A stretch of DNA of 51,044 nucleotides, filler included, from Olpidium bornovanus S191 (Eukaryota; Fungi; Olpidiomycota), in the NCBI GenBank assembly GCA_017911155.1. It is 22 parts of 22 records of this genome, joined end to end, with 100 filler letters (N's around TTAATTAATTAA, not from the genome) between each part and the next. Parts side by side here need not be neighbours in the genome. Positions count along the whole stretch, not along the records: positions 22,159 to 24,374 come from JAEFCI010003538.1; positions 24,475 to 26,544 come from JAEFCI010003463.1; positions 26,645 to 30,619 come from JAEFCI010000266.1; positions 30,720 to 32,321 come from JAEFCI010004191.1; positions 32,422 to 37,751 come from JAEFCI010005458.1; 17 more parts are not named here. The stretch is one strand, 5' to 3'. The notes below the pieces were generated by a model. The model ran no database searches. It had not been told where the DNA came from and saw only the letters and a program-made list of their open reading frames with translations. Both the position numbers and the translations under genes were made by a program. Position 1 is the stretch's first letter, and each line of letters begins with the position of its first letter. Below are positions 22,901-36,700 of this stretch, in pieces.

Positions 22901-24171
22901 CGGCCCGACGAGAAGTTGGGACAGGAACGCGTGTCGGCCCCGGGGAAGGGGCGCTGAGGCGCTCGATCGACGAGCGAAAGTGTCAAGTCGCTCGCGTCTG
23001 ACCGCGCGACCGCGCGACTCAATCGCGACCGCGCCGGCGAAAGGGATCAACCGATCGCGACCGCGTCGAATCGATGCGCTGGAACGCCCGGATAGTGGGC
23101 GGCGAAACGAGACGAAGGGAGAGCAGCCGACGCTGCTTCGGCCAGGTTTCTTGTCCCGTCGGCGGAGCCTGGCGGGCCAGGCCAAAGAGTTCATTATTTT
23201 CTTTTTTCGAAATGCGAGGGGAACCCAAACACTAGGGATCAAATCGGGCGTGGGTCGAAGGCGGGGGCCGGTTTACTGGGTTCGGCACCGAAAGTCGAAG
23301 TTCGTTGGATCGACAAAGATGCAGGGGAGAGCAAAGCAAACCGCAAAGTAAATTGAAAGGTGAGTACGGTAGAGCGAAACTCCGGCCGCGCATCGATCGT
23401 CGCCGCGGACCGGAGCTCGCATGCAACGGCGACCAGTCGGACGCTGACGCCGGAACGCGGCGAGCGACGGGCGGTTTTACCAAAGGACGATTTGATGGAA
23501 ATGGGCCGAGCGGCGCAACGAGCAACGTGGCACCGAGTACAACGTGGTAACAAAGGGGGCCGGCGGGCGGCAACCAAAGAAAAAAAACTGCGCGAACGTT
23601 TGGCCGGAAGTGGGGGGGGGGGGGGGGGGGGGGGAAGGAATCCGGGGGAAAAAGCAGCAATACGGCCGGCAAGCGGGGACAATGCTGTTGCCAACATTTG
23701 CCTTAAGGCGTGGGGGCGGGGGGGGGCGAGCTAACATTTCTTCCGACAAAACGAGCGCCTTCCGTTTGCCGCATCGCATCCAACAGGAAGCGAACTCGAA
23801 AGACGGCGCCTATACGAGGACAACCCAGACCTGCGACGAATAGTCCAGGATCTGAGCGAAATTGCGAAACGGCGTCGCTGCTGAAAATGAATTCATCCGC
23901 AGACGGAAGCAGGCAGCACGACTCGGGCTCACAGGCTGTTCAGAGCTTTAGCACCGGCCCCTCGGCCACCCCTCTTTCACTAACGCGGCTCGTTATGGCC
24001 TGATTCCAAAGGTCGGCCTTTCCGCTGCGTGTCTGCTGTTTGTGTGGCGGCTGGGCGGTTTTTTTTGGGATTGCCAACTTTCCACCCGCTCTCTGCAAGA
24101 ACACCCTTGGACGCACGTGACCACCCGCCTGCCCGCCTGCCTGCCTCTGACGCAACCGAAAAACGCCCCAG

Positions 24172-24222
<51 letters not shown>

Positions 24223-24584
24223 GTTTATGTAACGGGTTTTGGGTTCTTTTTTTGACCCCCGGCGGGTTTTTCCGCACCCAAAAATAAAAAAAAAACCGCG
24301 TGTCGGCCCCAGACCCGCTGCAAATGACCGTTATGCCTCTCGAAGCCGCCTCCGGGGATTACAGTTGAGTGTGGNNNNNNNNNNNNNNNNNNNNNNNNNN
24401 NNNNNNNNNNNNNNNNNNTTAATTAATTAANNNNNNNNNNNNNNNNNNNNNNNNNNNNNNNNNNNNNNNNNNNNAGTACGTCTAACCGTGCGGTTCTCGC
24501 TGATTCGGCGGCCTCAGGGGATGGGCCGGGGTGCGTCCGCGGAGCGAGAATCAACCGTTCAGTTTTCTACGTCTCGCTTCAAAG

Positions 24585-25317
24585 CTTCACCATGTCCAAC
24601 ATGGATTTCCCGTACATCAAATTCCTCGTCCAGTGTTTTGAGGCGTACTACCCGGAGAGCCTCGGCATGCTGCTCATCTACAACGCGCCGTGGGTGTTCT
24701 CTGGAGTGTGGAAGCTCATCTCCCAGTTACTCGACCCGGTTGTCGCGTCGAAAATATATTTCGTGAAGAACGTCGACGACCTCGCGAACTACATCCCTGC
24801 GGAGAACATCCTCCCGCTATTCTGGTCGGCGGAGAAGGGCGGCGAGAAAAGGCCGCCGGTATCGGCGGCCGCCTCCGCGGGGCTAGCGTCGTCGGGCGGC
24901 AAAAGGAATCCGAACACGGAGCCCCACGCACAGGACACGTACGAGTACGCGTACGTCCCGCCGGCGGGGGGGGAGAACCCGGACCCGGAAGCGGCCGCGG
25001 AGGAGCGTGCAGCGGCGGAGCGGGAGCGCTCGCTGGCGGAACGGCGGTTCGAACGGGCCACCCGCGTCTGGTGCGGCTCGGCCCGCGCGGCAAGCACGCT
25101 GTGCCTGTCGGGCCGAGACCTCGACGACGCCGATGCCTGCGACGAGGAGGAGGATGAGGGCGGCTCCGACCCCGAGGGAAGGCGCGAGCTCGCCGCGTCG
25201 GCGTTCCGCAGCACGTGGTGGAAGCTCGACCCGTACGTGCGCGCGCGCACACTGTACCACCGCATTGGCGTCATTCGCAAGGATAGGGACGGCTACGTCT
25301 CCCGGTGGTACTCCTGA
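24585..25317 (+). CDS. CSR1: CRAL-TRIO (Sec14-like) phosphatidylinositol transfer protein, Csr1/Sfh2 type, last exon (5' truncated)
   Basis: FTMSNMDFPYIKFLVQCFEAYYPESLGMLLIYNAPWVFSGVWKLISQLLDPVVASKIYF, plus the Csr1-type tail YEYAYVPP...FERATRVW...WWKLDPYVRARTLYHRIGVI. Confidence 0.85.
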
Positions 25318-26644
25318 AAAAACCCGGAGGCTCGGACTTGAACGGCGGGGCCTCGCGCGTCGCCGCCCCCATCGCCAGACGGTGCGCCGCGAAACAAAAC
25401 CGCAGAGAGGTTCTCCGTTTTCCCGGAGTAGATTTCAGCAAAATTCAAAACTACCTGGGCGAGTTGCCCGACCCTCTGGGTATCAGGCATTGTCGATGTG
25501 CAACTTCAAAATCCCCGAGTCGCTTGAGTGCGGTCGTTGGCCGTCCACTTTCGTCGCCGTTCGCTCGCAGTACAATCGGGCGGAGTTGCTCGCCGCGGGC
25601 TTCCCACCTCCTGGAGGCGAATTGAGACTACGTTTTGTCTTTATGTGCAAGAGATATTTGCGGCGCAGCATACTTCTGGCGAATACCGGCAATGACGCTC
25701 TCGGAAATGTCGTCCACCTGGATATGAACACCGCATGCGTAAAAACATTACACGGAGCCCGAAAGGAAAAGCATGTTGTATGACCGCGAGGTCATTCCCG
25801 GTATTTACCACGTGGCCGCCTCACTGCGGGATCAAGTGCGCAGGGGGTCTGCGCAGCGTCAAAAATGAATGTTTGGCAGCTGGGGGCCGGATTAGTCAGA
25901 AAACGTGAAAAAAAATTCCTCCACCGCAAAGCGTGCCAGTTCACGCTGTGATTTGGCTTACCACCAGAAGAAGCGCGATCCGGAAAACGCAGGCCGCCTG
26001 GGCCCTCAAGTGAAATCGATGGAGATTAATTAGCACGCCAGCTTGATGGACAAAAGCTTTTGCCGCTTGTCTGTGATGACCACGATAAACCCTTCGACAC
26101 CTGGAAGTATTTGTTGGGTAGGTTTGGACTGTAACGGGGGGGGGAGAGTACGGGGCTATATCAACAGTCTGGCCACGAGTGCACTTCTGCCAAACGCCCG
26201 GTTGTCGTCAGAATTCGAGTCAGAGAGAGACGGGTCGGCGTCAAAAAGAGCTAAAATTTTCCGACGGCGGGACGGCGTATGGAGGGAATGGAGGCCGGGG
26301 TGAACAGAAAAAAAAAGACGCATGACAAATCATCTCGGCCGATCGGGGTGAGATTTAGGCTCAAATGGAAAGCTGGCACCTCCAGCACATCGTCTTTTTC
26401 TTCGCCTGGTAACTTTTGTCGGGCATGCGTTGACATTCGACGAAAATTGCACGAGGGTTGGGCGGGTCCCCGCTGCGCGTGCGTTCAATTTGAGAACCTC
26501 GCGCGTCGGCGTAACGACCCGGTGGGGCCGCGCGTGCTGTTTACNNNNNNNNNNNNNNNNNNNNNNNNNNNNNNNNNNNNNNNNNNNNTTAATTAATTAA
26601 NNNNNNNNNNNNNNNNNNNNNNNNNNNNNNNNNNNNNNNNNNNN

Positions 26645-26686
<42 letters not shown>

Positions 26687-26933
26687 AAAACTGGCAGTCA
26701 AGTGAGGGTCGGCGGTTTCGTGCGGACGAAAGTTTGTTTGAAGCGACGTATTCCGGAACGTTTGCTCAGCAGACGTGCAGGTATGAAGCGGCGAAAATCA
26801 GGAACGCTGCCCAGCAGACGAGCGTTTACAGCGAACATATTCGGCTGCCCTGAAGACGAGCGCATATTAGGTGCCGGTCGAATATGACCGGTAGTGGAAG
26901 AGTTTAGGTTCGCGCGCGCCCATTTCTTCGTTT

Positions 26934-29900
26934 TCAGGCTTTCACGCGGGTCCCGAGCCATTCCTGTGTTCCCGGGCGTTGGCGAGGCGGATGGTGGGGA
27001 GATGGATGATGTTATAACGGCGTTTAAAATAAAAAAAGGGGGGGTCATCGACGTGACGCGGCAGCAGAAACGCCCGTCTGCGACAAAAAGGTTCGAGGCG
27101 CGGGAAACAAGGCGTACCGCAACGTCGGCCCGGTCACGCGCCAGCCACTTCGAGTTGGCCCGGATGCGTTCCAGGCTCTGCTGGAGGGGCCGCGCGACCG
27201 GCTTCGTGTCCTTGTCCTGTTTTTTCCAGAGACCACAAAAAAACGTCAAAAAACGGCTAGAAAAAAAGGTTTCCGAAACCTCTCGACAAGAACACGCCGT
27301 CTCCGGCAGATAGACAAAAAAAACCGTGTCCGCCGTCGCGCTTCCTCGGATACCTCAAAGAACGCCTCGACTTCGGCCGCCTTCTCCTCGGTGGCGAACT
27401 CCGTGCTCGTCTTGACGATGATGCCGAACATGGCCATGCTGTTGCGGTATCGCTCGTCAAATACGCCCCAGTGGGCCTTTGTGAACGACCAGAGCGCACT
27501 GCGGGCCGCGTGATTGGCGCCCAAGGAGCTCCACACGTAGATGATATCTTGGGGTCGGACGTCCGCAGTGAGCGCGAAGTCGAGGGTGCGCTGAATAAGG
27601 GACGGATCTCGCGTAGAGCCCAACGCGGCTAGCGCCGTGACCTTTTGATCCGGGACGGTCGTACTGCGGTAGTACTCCAACACGGCGTCGTATTCCTTCG
27701 CCCCGCCGTGACTGATAACGATGTCGAACACCGTGCCCCGCAAGTTCGGGTGGATTGCAGATGTGTCCCCGCTGACGAACAGGCCGAACCGCCTTTGTCC
27801 CTCTTGCACGACCTCCGGATCGTGAGCCTTCCCGGCTCTGCTGATGGCCAGCGTCCGCAGGAGGGAAGTGAGGAAACTCTCGTTCTCGGGATAATCCCAG
27901 CCGAGGCGTTTCACCACGGGGGTGAACAGCTTGCGCTGAAGCGCCAAAAGCTTGTCACGGACGTCTTGCGGTTCTTCGAACCACACCGAGGTGATCGTGG
28001 TAAGCCGTGTAGCGATCTCGTTCCACACACTAAGCGTTAGAGCTGCGCGTTAGCTGGCGGACGAAGCCATGCGGAAACCGTCGACCGCCACGTCCACGCT
28101 GCCGTGCGCGAGCGTACATGTATTCTTGCTCCTTCTCAAAAGCTTCCAGCAACGTCAACAGAGAACTGGTCTTCGTCTGGCCGCTGACGCAGAGCGCTCC
28201 GACATTAGCCAGGACTACGACCCGGTCGCTTGTCACTAGGCCGGATCCACTTCGGATCGCGTCGCTGATCCGCCGGATGGCTTCTGGCGGGTACGCAGTG
28301 CGGTAAACGCCGGTCCCGTGCGCGTCCAACTTGAAGAACGACTCGGCCGTTCCCGGAGGTAGGTCAAACGTTGCTTCCTTTGTGCGGAGGATATCAGTCG
28401 TCGGCTGGGCGGATTTGCCGCTGATGATGCGGAGCGGGATCCACCAAATCGTTGTGTCCTCTTCGGGTTTCAGGTCGCCGGTGGATAGGTAGCGATTTTG
28501 ACGGACGCTGATCTTGTTCGCGCCTTCCAAAGTTACGGTGACCACCGGGTGCTGGCCGCACGCCCCAGGAACGTCATCAAAATACTGTCGTAACAGCCAG
28601 CAGAGCGCCGTGAAATGGTCGACATGCATACCCCGACACTCTTTGTCCAGGCTTCCATGTACTCTCCGACGTTCATACCAGACTCTTCCGAAAGCGCTTG
28701 CCAGAGGTCGCTGGTCGCGGCATTAGCGTACGCGTGGCGCTTCAAGTACGCGGAAACTCCCTTCAAGAAAGTGTCCATGCCCAGGGAATTCGCCAACATG
28801 CGGATCACAGAAGCCCCTTTGCTGGAGACACGAATAAACGTAAAAAATTGCACTCCAATCAAAAAAATCGGGTCCGTTTGTTGTAAAAGTCGACGTACTA
28901 ATAGCTGATGGCGTCGAAGATCTGATGGATTTCGGCGGGGTCGGAGACCTCAACTTCGATGGGATGGGACGATCGGAGCGCGTCGAGACCAAGACCTCGT
29001 TGCAAGCCATCCATCACGAACTAGGTGAAGCGCGCGGTGGCGATATCAACAATCGACGGTAACGCACGCTGAACGGCACCGGGATGCAGGCCAGGCCGTT
29101 ACCTGAGTAAAAATATCCCAATCAGGAAACAGATGGTCCACGGCAAGATATCCCACCCAGGTTGCGAATCCCTCGTTCAACCAGAGATGGCTCCACTACG
29201 GAAGGGACCTCAGCGGTTAGCGTCCAGTCAGATTTGCAGGAGTGCTGACAACCGATCCTGCGTGTCTCACCCATTCTGGCGAAACGTAGTTCCCGAACCA
29301 TTGGTGCGCTAGCTCGTGGGCCATGGTATATGCAATTCCTTGCTTGGCACGAGCAGAGCTTTGCAACCGGTCGAACAGCAGCGCTGTGGTACGGAACGTG
29401 ATCAAGCCTATTTGGACGGAAAAAAAAATTCGTTTTCGCTGAAATATTCTGTCGCGAAGAAGTATGTAGCATACAATTTACGTACCCCAGTTCTCCATAG
29501 CCCCAGCTTCGAAATCCGGGACGGCAATAGAATCGCACCTAGGAGAAAGGGAGGAATTAAAACACACTTATGATACTCATGACCGGAGAGCCTGTGAACG
29601 CTCCGGTCAAAAAAAAGAAGTTAGCACGTCCCATACTTCGGCAATGGGTATGCGATGTCCTGTTGTTGCGAACGTCGAGAATCCCTTCAGCTACAGATTC
29701 AGTTCGCAATCGTTCGCTACAGTCGCAAATTCGCAGCGGCCTTACAAAGATCTCGGCGAAGTACTCCAGCGTCTTCACTTTAACGTCCAGCGCAAATTCG
29801 CCCTGCTTTTCACTTCCTTTGATTGTATACAAACGGCATTGCACCGGCCTCCCGTTAAACTTTCCGGACGTGTACGCCTCGATGTATCCGAACTCGCCGA

Positions 29901-30532
29901 CGGCAAAGGCAACAAGCTGATGTGTTTCGCGAGCAATCAGTAAAGACCTGCTGCGGCCAGCTACTCCCGGCCAAAAGTTATCTGTCGCGGGCCTCACGTA
30001 GGTGGACATCTTCGGAGTCTTAGCGAACTTGACGACCTTGAGATCCCTGTCGATCTTCTCTTCCACAACGTTCATGTTCGACAACGCAGTGAAATGCTTT
30101 TTGACCTCGAGCGTCACTTCGAACGTCGCCTTGATCGCCGGCTCATCCCAACAGGGGAACGCGCGGCGCGCGTCTGTCGCCTCAAACTGGGAGACCACGA
30201 GGGACCTGGCAAAGCCAAAGTGCGTTCAGAAAAACATCATTTGGAACGTCGTTTTGCAAAATCGCCGGAGACGCACTTTGGCTTGCCCTCGGAATCCGTG
30301 TACGTGCTACGGTAGAATCCTACCATCTGAATCGCCGTTCAGACCACCGTACTTCTACGACGTATCGCGTAAAGCAAAAAATGCGCGACACGAGCGCGAG
30401 CGCACCTTGTCGTTGTGGACGCCATTGAATTCGAGCAGGAGCTTGGCGTTTCCTCCGGCCGCAAGCTCCTGCGGAAACGTGAGGGACGCGGTTTCCTTCT
30501 TCTTGTCGTAGGTGATGTTCTTCGCGGCGTGC
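26934..30532 (-). CDS. APE2: M1-family (puromycin-sensitive, Ape2/Aap1-like) zinc aminopeptidase, multi-exon (5' truncated)
   Basis: [23 protein letters not shown]; GAMENWG (~29486-29505); [10 protein letters not shown] (~29298-29318); WLNEGFAT; [17 protein letters not shown]; ERAP1-like C-terminal repeats; final micro-exon 26963-26934 (EWLGTRVKA*). Confidence 0.95.
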
Positions 30533-31274
30533 CTGTGTCAAATTTTTAGTTAGATATCGAAAAAAAAAGATACACATTAACAGGAATCAGCAAAACATTC
30601 CGCTGACTCCCGGCATGGANNNNNNNNNNNNNNNNNNNNNNNNNNNNNNNNNNNNNNNNNNNNTTAATTAATTAANNNNNNNNNNNNNNNNNNNNNNNNN
30701 NNNNNNNNNNNNNNNNNNNCATGGGGGAAGCGGCACACAAAGTTTTCTTTTTGACTTTTCCACAATTTCTTCAGTGGATATGTATGTATTGCCTCCGCGC
30801 GCTTCTTATCTCTTTGTCCTGGTGCTCCTTCCCAGCCCACTCACCCCGACCCTCCGCCCTCTTCGCCGTTGCTGTCAGCAAATTCTGTGGATGTGGAAAC
30901 CCCACGTCACGGACGTCTACTTCTTAACACCCCCCCGCCAGCGCGGCCCGGCGCTTTTTCGATCGAAAAACGCGGGGCTTTTTCTTTTTTTCGCCTTCGC
31001 CTTCGCCTTCGCCTCCTCCTCCCACTCTTATTCCGCCTCGTAGACTTGCGCGGGGATTTGAAAAAAATTGGCCGACCGGCGGCGAAGTAGCTTGCCTGGC
31101 TGGCGGGGCCTCGCGTGTTCTTTTTTTTTTTTCCGGGCAGACTTTGCGGGCAAGAGGAAGGTGGGGGGGAAAAAGGGGGGTTCCCCCGTTTTGCGCAAAC
31201 CTCCCCTCCTCCACGCACGCACGCACAGAACCAGAGGAGTTTTCTTTTTTTCATTATTAATATTATTGTGATTA

Positions 31275-32175
31275 TTATTTCCGCGCCTCTTTTCTCGCCC
31301 GCTGCGCCTCTTCGAACTTCTTGGTTGCTTTCTTCCCCTCCTCGATCGCCGACGGGAGCACGCCCCGTTTGGCCATCTGCGTCAAGAGTTCGTAAATGAG
31401 CGGGATGAAATTATGCCCCCTCCTCGCGTTCTCCTTCTTTTTGAGTCCCCGGTCGAGAATAAGCGGACACGAGGAATAAAAAATATTCACGTTATTGGCT
31501 AAGCACGAGCGCGCGGAATTAAAAAGAAACAGAAAAAGAAACACTACCACACCCCCCCCTCCCCGTCGTGCCGAGAAGTTTTACCCTTTTCGGGCAAACA
31601 AAGGGCGAGAACAGGTCGTTCGCGGCTCGGTTGCACGAAATAAACGTACGCGGTATCTCTCCTGCTTTTCCTGCTCCACCCGGATCCTTTGCCGCAGCGC
31701 CTCGCACTCGTATTTGACCGCTTCGTTGGACGGGTTCCGCTCGAGCGCGTTTTCCCGCTCCTCGAGCCGCGCGCCGTACACCTCGGCGCGAGACTTGATT
31801 ACCGCCATCAGGTTGAACCGGATTTCCCCCGCAGCCGTGTACCGAGCCATCCGCTCCTGTATCACGGGCCGGACCTTCGACACCCAATCATCTTGCGTAC
31901 ATTCCCCTGGGATCGTGCGCCGTTTCGCATATTGAGCCTTTTGGACCCGGCGCGCCACAGGTCCAATTAAAGCACTCACCGAGGTTTACTGGAGCTGGTG
32001 CCAGACCATCGAGCTCGTACAGCGAACCGTTGGCGGGAACGTAAGATATGAAGTGGAACGCGTCTTCCTTCTCAGCAGAGGAGTCCACTATCTCGTTTAC
32101 AAACGGGTCCGACCGGGCGAACTGGTTGTGCACCCCGCGAATTACGTCACTGTTCGAAATGGCCAGGCCCTTGAT
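31275..32175 (-). CDS. UCH2: Ubiquitin C-terminal hydrolase UCH37/UCHL5 (peptidase C12), C-terminal part (5' truncated)
   Basis: KGLAISNSDVIRGVHNQFAR, EDAFHFISYVPANGSLYELDGL (catalytic His/Asp), WVSKVRPVIQERM...EIRFNLMAVI, and the ULD tail ENARRGHNFIPLIYELL. Confidence 0.93.
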
Positions 32176-32263
32176 CTGTGCGAACACGCGCCCGGCCCAG
32201 CAGTGTTGGAGGGGAGTAGAAGTGCTTTCCGTCAATTTTTCGCCCGCTTTCCGGATGGATTCC

Positions 32264-32313
<50 letters not shown>

Positions 32314-33138
32314 CGGGGGAANNNNNNNNNNNNNNNNNNNNNNNNNNNNNNNNNNNNNNNNNNNNTTAATTAATTAANNNNNNNNNNNNNNNNNNNNNNN
32401 NNNNNNNNNNNNNNNNNNNNNCATGTTTTGCTTCGTGTGCAAGACGAACAGCGTGCACTACATCTTAAAAGAAAGGAAGAACTTAGGGTTAGATTCACGG
32501 GATTTCCACAATTTGTGGGATTTGGCTGTTTTTTTTTCCGGGTACTGGTGATGTTGGTGACAACCTGAGAAGCGGCTAGATTGATAATGATGAGATACGG
32601 GGGTTCGTATATGGCACAATGCTCAGGCATTATTTGGAAGCGAAACTTCAAAAAATCCAACGTGCATCAGTGTCGTTGCACCCGTTGACGCGGCCCGTGG
32701 GGAAGGAGGGGTGTTGGGGTTGGACCGAGTGCTTGCCAGAAGGTACAAATCTTTTCGATTGCTCCAGGGGTGCGCGCCAGAAGGGGACACCCCCTTCGAA
32801 GGGCCAGGGGAACGGGGCTTTCCCTTCAGAGGGTTAGGGAAGCACGCTCCATCCCCTGAAAATTAGAAAATCAGATTCTGAAACAAGCAGTAACAGAAGC
32901 TTTTTCTTTCTTCTTTAACCTTAACTTCAACCCTAAATTCAGGTATCTTTTAAGACGCCAACTTATTGGTTCGGCAACAAGGAGACGCATATTGCGTTCG
33001 CCCCCCCGTCCCCTGCCTTTCCCCCACTTCACCCGCCGGAACGAGGGGGAAAAGAAATAAATAAACAGAAAACCCTAAAAAAAAAAAAAAAAAAAAAAAA
33101 AAATAGGTCTGTGGTTCGTGATATTACTGCGGGTGGCA

Positions 33139-33142
<4 letters not shown>

Positions 33143-33186
<44 letters not shown>
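33143..33186. repeat. (CT)n microsatellite
   Basis: Perfect CT dinucleotide run. Related GA/CT tracts at ~37339-37430, ~45843-45895, ~49715-49830 and ~50478-50510. Confidence 0.95.
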
Positions 33187-33189
<3 letters not shown>

Positions 33190-33711
33190 GCGCTGCGTGC
33201 GCCGTGCGTCGTCGCCCGGAACGCCACTGCAAAACTCTTCGTCGTAAGTCGGCGGGGGTTGCGCCTATCACTCCGAACGAAGGAGTGAAAACGAAAAAAA
33301 AAAAACAAAAAAAGGAGAAAAAGGGGGAAGGGGGAGGGTGCTGAAGTGGAGAGAGGCTATTGCCTAAACTGCTCGGCGCAGCCGCCGGGGCGCGCCGACA
33401 ATGCCAAAAAAGAAAAGTATGGGGGACGTGGGGGGACTGTCCGGGACTGCTTGAACCAGCAGACCAATAGAAAGTGGATCATCGCGGGAAACCTGACGTG
33501 TGCGTGTGCAAAGTGTGAGTGTGTGTGTGTGGGGGCGAGTGCGTGCGTGTTTTTGTGTGTGTTTGTGTGTGTGCGCGCGCGCGCGTTCCAGGAAAAAGAA
33601 GGACAAAAAGAGAGAGAGAGAGGATGGAAAAACCGAAAATAAATTGTAATCTACCAGGGGCGGCCGGAGAGAAAACAAAACCTTCCAAGAAGGACCCCCC
33701 ACGTGTAAGCT

Positions 33712-36700
33712 TTATCGGTCGCTGTCTGTGTCCTCGTCCGCGGGGACGATCGCCTTCTGGAGCAGGCTGATCGCGTGAGAGAATTCGCCCGTAGGTGCCG
33801 CGGGCGGAACGTTCTCCTGTGGCGGTCCGTCGACGGCCGGAAACGCCGGCGCCACCGGCACCGGCCCGCCAATCCCTCCGTCGGCAGGCAACCTTGCGTC
33901 CCGTGAAAAAGGAGTTTGACCGTGCGCGTGGTGGTCTCCTCGGCGCCGGTACTGATAACGGTTGTCGTCAGGGTACGGACCGGCCCGGTACGCGGTGCCG
34001 GCCGCGCTGCCGGCTAGCGGCAGCGGAGAGTGGTGCAGCTGGCCGGCTTGCGGGTGGTACGACGATTGCCAGCTTTTAAACGCCTGGTCGTCGGCCGCGG
34101 TCGGCGGGTGGAACGAAGGAAGCTGCCGGTTCTCGAGGCTGACGGGCGCCTCTTCGCCCGCCGCCGCGGAATCGCCGCGTGGTGCTCCGCGCGGCTCCTG
34201 CCGCGCCCCGCAGAATTTTCCGGACGCGTCGAAGTCGTCGGAGGGCGCCGGAGGCGGACCCAACTGATCTGCCGCGGAGTTATCTGACTCCGCGTCCCGT
34301 GCCCCGGCCACGTGCGCCGGCTGCGGGTGGTGGTGTTGTTGAAGTGACGCCGGCGGAACCTGGGGAACCGGCGCGGGACGGACCGCCTGCGGCGGACGGG
34401 AATTCTGAGAAACAGGCAGGGTCGGTTGCGCGGCCGCATCGCCCAGCGTGCGCTGAAGGTACGGATCGCGTACGGGCATCTCGGTGAAAAACGTGCGGTG
34501 CGTCCGAAGGTCATCCCGGTGAGGATGCACGCCGACCGCATAAGAGGACGCGAACGGGTGCCGTCTCGTATCGAATTCAGAGCCGGCCGTGGCGGAATCG
34601 GTTGACACGCTGATTGCTTTCGTTGCCCCGTGTGGCGGCGGCGGAAGAAACGGGTCGGATCGCCTGTGCTGGGGAAACGGGTGGAGGTATCGTCCCGACG
34701 CAGGCGGGAGGTACTGCGGTACCGGTCCGGGCAGAACGTCCCGCGCGGGAAACGGACCAGATTTCTCCACGTCCATAGGCTTCTCCGCTGGGGGGGTTCT
34801 TGCCGGCAGCCAACCAACCTGCGTATTTTCCGACTGTTGCTGAGGATGCCAGTGCACCTGTCCGCCGAAAGGCGGACCGGCGGCGCCGTAGTCGAGCGGG
34901 AAGTACTCGAGAGGCGAATGAGAATAGATGGACGGCGGGAAAGAACAGTAAGAATATCCCGCGTCGCTCTCGTACGAGCCGGAGTACGGGTAAGCAGGAA
35001 ATGGTCGGCGGAAGGAATATGTGGATGAAGGCACTGCTGCGTCTGGCGCGCCACCGGGAATCGGCGAGGGTCCTTGCGAATTCCATGCGCGAGGCTCGAC
35101 AACGTACAGATCTTGAGGATCGGACGCCAAAGCAGGAGCGCTCTGGGGCGCCGGAGGTTCAAAGTCGGCCCGAGGGGCCGCATTCGACTTGCGCTTCCTC
35201 CCGGACGTTCGGCGCGAAACGTCCCGTGACGGCAAACCAAAAATGCTCCCGAGATCCCTGATCAGTTCCTCATGCATCGCCTCCCTTTTGCCACTTTGCG
35301 AAGACGTCGCGCCAATCTCGCCGGCCTCGCTCGAGATTTCACCGTCCTGGCTGCTTGCCGAGGCCGAGGAGCAGGTCCGCGGCGGTACGCACTTCAGGAT
35401 TCCCTTCTCGTTGGCCTTCCTTGTTTTAAGCCGCTTCAGGCGCTCCAGCCGCTCCTGCAGTTCGGCGATCTCCTCGTCGCATTCTTCAACTGTTTTGCTT
35501 TCTTCGTCAGCAAGGGCCATTACGTCCGAGAGGTCGGAATCTCTCTCGTAACCCGACTGCGAAGTTCCGGATGTTGTGCTTTCGTCCGTCCAAACCTCTC
35601 CGAAAGAACCCCGATGCTGCAGATCAAAACTCACGGCGTCAGCAGAACGCAACGCGTTTTCCGACACGAGTTGCGAAAAAGATAACGATAAGCGCACAGG
35701 ACTAGTTTGTCAAACGTACGTGTGGCATTGATGCACAACCGCCACGGCGTCGTCGCGGCTTGACGGGCGCTCTTGGCAACGTCGCCGCGGAATTCGTAGC
35801 GACGTCCGTACAAATGTTCTCGCCGCCCCGGTGCCACGACGAGAAATCGTCAACGGCGAGTGTTTGACGCTGCGCAGATTCTCCCTCCCACCGCTGAACA
35901 GCCCTGGGCGACGCGAAACCAGGACGGTCCTCTTCTATTCCCAGCGTAGACCGCACTGGGGCGCGGTTGGCGCTTCCCTCGACCACGGCATCAGTGGCGG
36001 CCGACGGATAATTCGATTCATAACTTGGAGATTCCCCGCGCTCCCCCGCTGCCGCCACAGAAACCGCCGTAGTCCCCGAGAATTCAGGGGAATTCCCGCA
36101 GGAGTTGGTTTTATCGGAGAGCGACGCAAGCTTCTCGTCTGAGAATTTGGCACCCGCTGCGCGGATTTCCTTCTCCGCCAGTTTCCTGCTTTGCCTGTTT
36201 TTAGCGACTTTCCTTCCAGGCCGATACTTGTAGTTCGGGTATCGGAGATAGTGCTTCTTTTTCTCCCATTCCGCCAGCTGCGCAAAATGGTCCTTCACCG
36301 CATCCGTCTGGTTATTCCAGTCCCTGGAAATCATTTTCGAAATAATGCGGTTGCTGAGGCCAGGGTAGGCCAGCGCATAGTGGGGCTGCGCCCACACTTT
36401 GTACACAAAGAATCTGTTGAGCGGACGCTTGATGCCCTGGTTTTGCCGGTTGTCGTTGCGGTCGTCGTGATCGGACGTGTCCGCGGTGAGGCCATCTTCG
36501 CTGTCGGGTGGGACGGCGACCAGGTCGTCGACGTCGTTCCCGCCCGACCATGGTTTCGACCCGGCGGCCTCGCAGGACGACGATGCCGACGGGTGCGTCC
36601 GCGGCAGCGCGCGAGTGTCTGCCGGAGACGCGTCGTGGACGTCCAGGTGGTCGACCTCCTCCGGACTCGGCAGCGGCGGCAACGGGACACCGGCCAAGCA

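Noticed and set aside
22159-24374. Many overlapping Arg/Pro-rich ORFs on contig 12
   Set aside because: They are consistent with GC-rich non-coding DNA; no domain signal.
31395-31430. UCH37 ULD motif reads RRGHNF rather than the usual RR(K/R)HN(Y/F)
   Set aside because: It is a single substitution within a G run (AGGAGGGGGCAT) and could be ordinary divergence or a sequencing error.
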